From positions 1-6,597 of the forward strand of contig JAWOFX010000132.1 of assembly GCA_046497275.1 (NCBI GenBank): a DNA stretch of 6,597 nucleotides, given 5' to 3'. Positions 1 through 5,048 of this stretch are shown here, in pieces (the first letter of the stretch is position 1; each line of letters opens with the position of its first letter). Below the pieces are notes generated by a model. The model was not told where the DNA came from. It saw nothing but the letters and a program-made list of their open reading frames with translations, and ran no database searches. Source of the DNA: Promethearchaeia archaeon (lineage in GTDB: Archaea; Asgardarchaeota; Lokiarchaeia; Sigyniarchaeales; SOKP01). The position numbers and the translations under genes were made by a program.

Positions 1-69
1 TGTCTTGAAAAAATGTTTAAAGAAATTAAAGCATGTCGTTATTGTGGTTCTCAAATAATTTTTGAATAA
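1..69 (+). CDS. 3' end of an upstream gene (partial); Cys-rich C-terminus, possibly a RING-finger or zinc-ribbon tail
   Basis: Frame +1 is open from base 1 and reads CLEKMFKEIKACRYCGSQIIFE, then TAA at 67-69. The C-x10-C-x2-C spacing with CRYCG matches the last ligands of RING or zinc-ribbon domains. It is not in the ORF track because it is truncated. Confidence 0.6.
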   Translation, partial: CLEKMFKEIKACRYCGSQIIFE

Positions 70-126
70 ATTATTTATATTCATAAATCTAATTTAATAA
101 TAATTTCTTTCTTTGGTAAAAATGCT

Positions 127-705
127 ATGAATTCATCTATGGAAGATCTCAATAAATTTTTAAACGAAATTTTAGAAACTAATTCGGAAGTAAAATCTGC
201 CCTAATTGTAACTTTCGAGGGATTACCTATAGCATCAACTTCAACTCTAGGAAGTGATGATGTGAAAGTTTCTGCCATAACAACAGTTCTTGAATTTTTA
301 TCGGATCATTTAGTTATAGAAATGAATATTGGCGAATTAGATCAGGTAAATTTACAATGTTCAAATGGATATTTAATTTTAAAATTATTAGGTCCAAACG
401 CAATATTAGCCCTCTCAACCACCAAAGAAGTAAAATTAGATTTACTTTTTTCTGATCTCTATCATAAATTTAAAGAAAAAATTGATGAAGCTTTTAAAGA
501 AATTAAAGATCTAATGAACGAGCAAAATTCCTCTACTTTGAATTTAAATCGAAATTATCTTCTTGAGCTTTTTGATGAAAATCTTATCGAAACTCATAAG
601 GATGGATATCCCCAAGTAAAGGAATTTTTAAAGCAATATTTTTTATTTGGCGGAATGAAAATTGAATATTCTGGAGATTTAGTAAAAATTAGTAAAATAT
701 TCTGA
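127..705 (+). CDS. Roadblock/LC7 (MglB/LAMTOR-like) domain protein with ~60 aa C-terminal extension
   Basis: 192 aa ORF. Residues ~5-125 follow the archaeal Roadblock pattern: VKSALIVTFEGLPIAS (cf. xxxAxxxxxDGLxIAS), helix KVSAITTV, GELDQVNLQCSNGYLILKLLGPNAILALST, and KLDLLFSDL. The start could be ATG 127 or ATG 139. Confidence 0.85.
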   Translation: MNSSMEDLNKFLNEILETNSEVKSALIVTFEGLPIASTSTLGSDDVKVSAITTVLEFLSDHLVIEMNIGELDQVNLQCSNGYLILKLLGPNAILALSTTKEVKLDLLFSDLYHKFKEKIDEAFKEIKDLMNEQNSSTLNLNRNYLLELFDENLIETHKDGYPQVKEFLKQYFLFGGMKIEYSGDLVKISKIF

Positions 706-906
706 GAAAAAAATATTCAAGTAAGAACAAATTAGACCAAATTTTTACATTATTATTGTTTTTGATTAGTATTCCCAATATTGACAAATATAATTTCAAA
801 TTCCCTATTAATGTAATTTGAGAGATATTCTATAAAAAGATTCCCAAAAACTCTTATTTTATTAAAATCTATCATATATAACTTTATATCTATGGAATTA
901 TCACTA

Positions 907-913
907 GAGGTTG
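907..913 (+). promoter_or_regulatory. Putative Shine-Dalgarno site for metG
   Basis: GAGGTTG resembles the GAGGTG anti-SD match, and there are 8 nt between GAGGT and the in-frame TTG at 920. Confidence 0.5.
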
Positions 914-919
914 TTTTAT

Positions 920-2968
920 TTGTCAAATTCGAATTCAAATAAATGGGTTATCACATCGGCTTGGCCTTATGTCAATGCAATTCCTCATTTAGGAAATCTC
1001 ATTGGAAGTGTTTTATCCGCCGATGTGTTTGCTCGATATCTTAGATTAAAAGGTGATGAAGTAGTCTTCGTATCTGGTTCTGATATGCATGGAACACCTG
1101 TTGCGGTTGCTGCAAAAAAACAAAGAGTTGATACTAAAGAGCTTGCTATGAAAAATCATTCTTTAATCAAGAATTTATTTAAATCATGGAAAATCTCCTA
1201 TGATAATTATACTCAGACTCATAATCCAGTTCATATAAATTTTGTCCAGAATCTTTTAATGGATATTCAACAAAATGGTTATATTTTCGAAAAAGAGATA
1301 AAATCTCTTTATTGTGCGAATGATGATTTGTTCCTCCCAGACCGATTTGTTGAAGGCATTTGTCCACATTGTGCTTATGAAGATGCCCGAGGAGATCAAT
1401 GTGATAATTGCCAAAAACTTTTAACTCCTCTCGAGTTGAAAGAACCAAGATGTGCGATCTGTGGGCATACTCCAGAAGTTAAAAGTACAAAGCATTGGTA
1501 TATGGATTTCCCTAAATTGCAATCTGAATTAGCGGAATTAATTGAAGAAAATGATATAATTCCTCAGAATGCATATCAAGTATGTTTAAATAGCATAAAA
1601 GAGGGCTTACCCGAAAGGGCGATTACAAGAGACTTGGAATGGGGAATTCCCGCCCCCTTTGAGGGTGCGGAGGATAAAACGGTATACGTGTGGTTCGAAG
1701 CAGTTTTAGGGTATGTATCTGCCGTAAAGGAGTGGGCAGAAAAAATAATTAAAAATCCTGATAAATTTAACTATTTTTGGAAAGATAAAAACACAAGGAC
1801 CGTCTTTTTTATTGGTAAAGATAATATCATATTTCATTTAATTGTATTTCCCGGTCTTCTATTGGCTTATAACGCAGATAAAAAGGATAAGGAAAAGCTT
1901 GTTCTTCCATATAATGTTTCCTCAACCGAATGGTTAATGTATGAAAATGATAAATTTTCTAAATCTCGTGGAATTGGGATATGGATTGATGAGGCATTGG
2001 AAATCGCTCCATTAGATTATTGGAGGTTTAATTTACTATATAATAGACCAGAAAAGAGTGATACCTCCTTTTTATGGTCAGAATTTGAAAATAATATGAA
2101 CACATTAAATGATGTAATCGGTAATTTCATTCACAGAACATTGACATTTATTAATAAGCAATTTAATAATAAAATTCCCGAAAAGATAGAGTTAGATGAA
2201 ACTGACATCGAATTTATTTCGAAGATAAACGGAATTTCCAAAAAGATTGAACTTCTATTGGATAATTTTGAAATGAGGAAAGCTATTCGGGAAATTGTTG
2301 AATTTGCACGGGAGGGAAATATTTATTTAAATGAAAAAGCACCATGGCATATAATTAAAAAAAATAAAAAAGCAGCTGGTCATGTTTTTAACTTATGTGC
2401 ACAATTTGTATATGCATTAACGATTTTACTTGGTCCTTTTATCCCTAATACATCTGAAAAGATTTTAAAATTATTAAATATTGAAAAAAGCCTTAATGAT
2501 CTTGGATGGAATAGTATTAATGAAAATGTCCTTGAGGAAGGTAAACCAATTAAAAAGGCAATTCCACTTTTCGAAAAATTAGATATAGAACAAATTCAAG
2601 AAGATTTACAACAATTAAAAAAACAAAAAAAGGAAAAAAAAATGGAAAATATCTCTTATGAAGATTTTAAAAAATTGGATATTAGAGTCGCAAAGGTTGA
2701 AAAAGTTGATGAGGTATCAAATGCGGATAATCTGTATAAACTAACAATTTCCATTGATGATGAAGACAGAACATTAGTAGCAGGTTTAGCTCAATATTAT
2801 AAACCTGAAGAATTACTCGGTAAAAAGATAATTGTCCTCACTAACCTTGAACCTAAAAAACTACGAGGGATCTTAAGTCAAGGGATGCTTTTAGCTGCTG
2901 TTGAGGGAGACAATGTATCAATATTGACTCCTGATAAAGATATAAAACCAGGAGCGAAGATTGAATAA
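920..2968 (+). CDS. metG: Methionine--tRNA ligase (MetRS), archaeal/eukaryotic type, with fused C-terminal tRNA-binding OB-fold domain
   Basis: It has TSAWPYVN, a HIGH-type PHLGN motif, GSDMHGT, Zn-knuckle cysteines (CPHC...CDNC and CAND...CAIC), ITRDLEWG, YVWFEA, GKDNIIFH, a KMSKS-type KFSKS motif and the anticodon domain RPEKSDTSFLW...GNFIHR. There is no in-frame ATG before the first motif. TTG 920 lies 8 nt after GAGGT (907-911), so it is preferred over TTG 911 in the ORF track. Confidence 0.98.
   Translation: MSNSNSNKWVITSAWPYVNAIPHLGNLIGSVLSADVFARYLRLKGDEVVFVSGSDMHGTPVAVAAKKQRVDTKELAMKNHSLIKNLFKSWKISYDNYTQTHNPVHINFVQNLLMDIQQNGYIFEKEIKSLYCANDDLFLPDRFVEGICPHCAYEDARGDQCDNCQKLLTPLELKEPRCAICGHTPEVKSTKHWYMDFPKLQSELAELIEENDIIPQNAYQVCLNSIKEGLPERAITRDLEWGIPAPFEGAEDKTVYVWFEAVLGYVSAVKEWAEKIIKNPDKFNYFWKDKNTRTVFFIGKDNIIFHLIVFPGLLLAYNADKKDKEKLVLPYNVSSTEWLMYENDKFSKSRGIGIWIDEALEIAPLDYWRFNLLYNRPEKSDTSFLWSEFENNMNTLNDVIGNFIHRTLTFINKQFNNKIPEKIELDETDIEFISKINGISKKIELLLDNFEMRKAIREIVEFAREGNIYLNEKAPWHIIKKNKKAAGHVFNLCAQFVYALTILLGPFIPNTSEKILKLLNIEKSLNDLGWNSINENVLEEGKPIKKAIPLFEKLDIEQIQEDLQQLKKQKKEKKMENISYEDFKKLDIRVAKVEKVDEVSNADNLYKLTISIDDEDRTLVAGLAQYYKPEELLGKKIIVLTNLEPKKLRGILSQGMLLAAVEGDNVSILTPDKDIKPGAKIE
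2642..2968 (+). other. C-terminal Trbp111/CsaA/EMAP-II-like tRNA-binding and dimerisation domain of MetRS
   Basis: MENISYEDFKKLDIRVAKV...ADNLYKL...RTLVAGLAQYY.PEEL.GKKIIVLTNLEPKKLRGILSQGMLLAA is the standard Trbp111-like signature. It follows a Lys-rich linker (LKKQKKEKK). Confidence 0.93.
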
Positions 2969-3009
2969 ATTAAAATTTTTTAATCCAAAATCTTTCTTTT
3001 TATCAAATC
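2969..3009. terminator. Putative convergent termination region (oligo-T tracts) between metG and the RtcB-like gene
   Basis: The 41-nt gap holds T6 (2976-2981) and TCTTTCTTTTT (2991-3001) on +, plus a weak AT-only inverted repeat ATTAAAA/TTTTAAT (2969-2984). Oligo-T tracts are the usual archaeal terminators, but they are common in AT-rich DNA. Confidence 0.4.
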
Positions 3010-4254
3010 TTATAGTTTTAAACTAAAAATAGGGGTCAATCTTGCCGCCATTTTTCCCAGATTCAACTGAAGTGCTTTCAAAACTACTTCCCTTTTTCTA
3101 TATTCAAATTGTAAATCGGAAACAACTCTAACGATTTTTAGTCTTTCCTTACTTCTTTTTAATCGACAAACAAAATACCGTTGATCTTTATATTCTAAAA
3201 CATTGATTACTTTTTCGATGTCTGGAAATGAATAACCCGCTCCATGAGGCAAAATATTAGCATTTTTTAATCTGTGTAAAACACCACATCTTTTTGCCCT
3301 TTCATAGAATTTTAAATTCATTAAGGTAGTTTCAGAAAGGTTATGTAATCCTTCAAATAAGTAAGCTGATAAATCTGCTCTTAAAGCAATTGGAAATATA
3401 TTCGAGTTTATAAATTTATTTTTGACATCAGTACAATTACTTCCTAAATATATACTATTATAATCCTTTAAGAATTGATGAGGCTGATTACAAATAATAT
3501 CATAATGATTTCCATAGAGTTGCTGAGCAATTATTTCCCTTTTTTTACAAGAAAATTCCAAGACTTTCTTATTTATCTCAAAATACTTATCTGCGTCTGA
3601 ATCTAATAGAATATATTGAGTACCTAATTGAGTTTCTTCCTTAATTGCCATATTTTTAAGATTTTTTGATTTATCGATATAAACGCCCATTCCATATTTA
3701 TCATCTCGTAATTCTGGAGCTGAACCATGAATCAAACAGATATAGGGAGGATATTCAATTTCAGTAAGATTGTTAGTTTTATAAAAACTAATAAAATGGT
3801 TACTAGTTCCAAAATCCCAATCTAGATGAATATCATCAAGATATAATTCCTTAGACTTTATCTCATCAATTTTTTTAATAAGATCATATGGATTCATCAT
3901 ATCCCATAATCCAATAACTAATATCCCACAATGATTCGGTTTTGTATTTAGAAAGATAAGTTTATCCTCTCCTGATCCCCATACGAGCTTACCTCCATAT
4001 CCAAATCCAGAATTCCATCGATATTGGTTTCTGGATATTGTCTCATCTGGAGAAGAGATAAATAAAGCATTTGGGTCAAATCCATATTTTTCTTGGATGA
4101 TATGCATCTGAGCAAGCCCATATTTCATATTCCATTGACAAAGACTTGACGTACCGTCATTTAAACCAGTTGAAAAAATAAATTGGGTACTTCTCTCTAA
4201 TAGTTCTTTTTTTGATAAACTTGAGATCTTTTGATTTATAAATTTTGGTTCCAT
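3010..4254 (-). CDS. Highly divergent RtcB-family (RNA 3'-phosphate/cyclic-phosphate ligase fold) protein
   Basis: 414 aa. Motifs occur in RtcB order: SPD70, NHC109G, GTSN152H153F154, LIH176GS, the helix EFSCKKREII, PH259Q, PH337GAG, EY385R and C-terminal RLTPIFSLK413L. These match the RtcB PD, DINCG, GSGNHF, HTGS, NFAWANR, AHN, CHGAGR, AYK and LRPIxxxKG motifs. The assignment is by eye, so no gene symbol is given. Confidence 0.8.
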   Translation of the reverse strand: MEPKFINQKISSLSKKELLERSTQFIFSTGLNDGTSSLCQWNMKYGLAQMHIIQEKYGFDPNALFISSPDETISRNQYRWNSGFGYGGKLVWGSGEDKLIFLNTKPNHCGILVIGLWDMMNPYDLIKKIDEIKSKELYLDDIHLDWDFGTSNHFISFYKTNNLTEIEYPPYICLIHGSAPELRDDKYGMGVYIDKSKNLKNMAIKEETQLGTQYILLDSDADKYFEINKKVLEFSCKKREIIAQQLYGNHYDIICNQPHQFLKDYNSIYLGSNCTDVKNKFINSNIFPIALRADLSAYLFEGLHNLSETTLMNLKFYERAKRCGVLHRLKNANILPHGAGYSFPDIEKVINVLEYKDQRYFVCRLKRSKERLKIVRVVSDLQFEYRKREVVLKALQLNLGKMAARLTPIFSLKL

Positions 4255-4292
4255 AGAATGCAGAAATGAGATTCTAAATTTTTATTTGATAT

Positions 4293-4338
4293 TCAACTAT
4301 ATCATAGTATAATATATATTATTAATGTCTCTCAACTA
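4293..4338. promoter_or_regulatory. Divergent promoter region with a palindromic TATA-like core and flanking 7-mer direct repeats
   Basis: It sits in the 138-nt gap between divergent starts (4254 - and 4393 +). It contains the perfect 14-bp palindrome ATAATATATATTAT (4309-4322) and TCAACTA at 4293-4299 and 4332-4338, each 9 nt from the palindrome. Confidence 0.4.
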
Positions 4339-4392
4339 GAATATTATTTAATAGAATAAAAAGATCATAAAGTTAAGATTATAAAAATTAAA

Positions 4393-5031
4393 ATGTCACT
4401 TAATGAAAAACTTCAAGAAAAATTCATTATATATGATTCGGTGAAAAAAATCCAAGAGGATGGAGAATTTACGGGCTCTATCATTACAAAATATAAAAAT
4501 AGTAATATTATCTTTTCCGATAAACTTATTTCAAAAGAAAATTATTTGGAAGTTCCGAAAGGATTAATGGTTGGTTTTGAGTCAACAGGGAAATTTAAAA
4601 AGGAGGCATTTTCAAGATCTTCCCAATTTCTCTTCAATTTAGCAGAAGAACAAATAGATTACTCATTATTGATTCCTGGGACTGAGCTTGAAAAATTTGA
4701 TCATGAACGATTTTCAGTAACCTTTCCTTATGCGATAAATTTACTTCACTCGGCAGGACTATTATTAAAAGAGGAAAATTATAAAATTAATCATCTTGAT
4801 TTTTTTAAGGGTGAAATATTAAAAAACCCAATTGCTTTCATCAGTAGGGGAATTTGTGTTGCTGATAGAGTTGTTATTGATCAACAAGGAGATCCCATTT
4901 TTTATGGAACACTTATTATTGGTAGGGATGAGGATTATAATTTATCAGTTAGTTATGAGTCAATTTTGAATTTAGATGACATGTTAATTAACGCTATTAT
5001 AATATTGGGAATAGAATCAATAAAAGATTAA
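4393..5031 (+). CDS. Hypothetical protein (212 aa); weak resemblance to LURP-one/Tubby-C/scramblase-like beta-barrels
   Basis: Long ATG-started ORF in an AT-rich background, probably co-transcribed with the next gene (17-nt gap to TTG 5049). It appears beta-rich and ends in the hydrophobic helix DDMLINAIIILGIESI. Confidence refers to the CDS; the fold guess is about 0.3. Confidence 0.85.
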   Translation: MSLNEKLQEKFIIYDSVKKIQEDGEFTGSIITKYKNSNIIFSDKLISKENYLEVPKGLMVGFESTGKFKKEAFSRSSQFLFNLAEEQIDYSLLIPGTELEKFDHERFSVTFPYAINLLHSAGLLLKEENYKINHLDFFKGEILKNPIAFISRGICVADRVVIDQQGDPIFYGTLIIGRDEDYNLSVSYESILNLDDMLINAIIILGIESIKD

Positions 5032-5048
5032 AATGTGAAAGATATAAT

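Noticed and set aside
81-278. 65 aa minus-strand ORF
   Set aside because: It is mostly antisense to the Roadblock gene and has no recognisable motif, so it is probably a shadow ORF.
16-508. Exact 16-nt direct repeat TTTAAAGAAATTAAAG at 16-31 and 493-508
   Set aside because: Both copies encode FKEIK in coding frames. One low-complexity match of this length is plausible by chance in AT-rich DNA, and there is no array or IS-end structure.
753-938. 61 aa minus-strand ORF in the gap before metG
   Set aside because: It overlaps the metG start and SD region, is Asn/Ile/Ser-biased as expected for AT-rich non-coding DNA, and has no motif. A ~40 aa peptide from the internal Met cannot be excluded but is unsupported.
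1179-1448. 89 aa minus-strand His-rich ORF
   Set aside because: It lies entirely antisense to the conserved MetRS catalytic and zinc region. The His richness follows from ATG/GTG triplets on the sense strand.
3010-4254. Assigning the gene symbol rtcB, or calling it release-factor-H-coupled RtcB2
   Set aside because: Several hallmark motifs differ (DINCG, HRKGA, PGSMG, HGAGR) and no prfH is adjacent, so orthology cannot be claimed from inspection.
4393-5031. Idea that the 212 aa protein is archease, the RtcB cofactor, or a PAC2 proteasome chaperone
   Set aside because: It lacks the archease HTAD and VKAxTYH motifs and the PAC2 GFPGxGxVG motif.
5033-5038. Minimal ATG-TGA start-stop element between the 212 aa gene and the ATPase
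   Set aside because: A 6-nt pattern is expected by chance, and there is no other evidence for a regulatory role.
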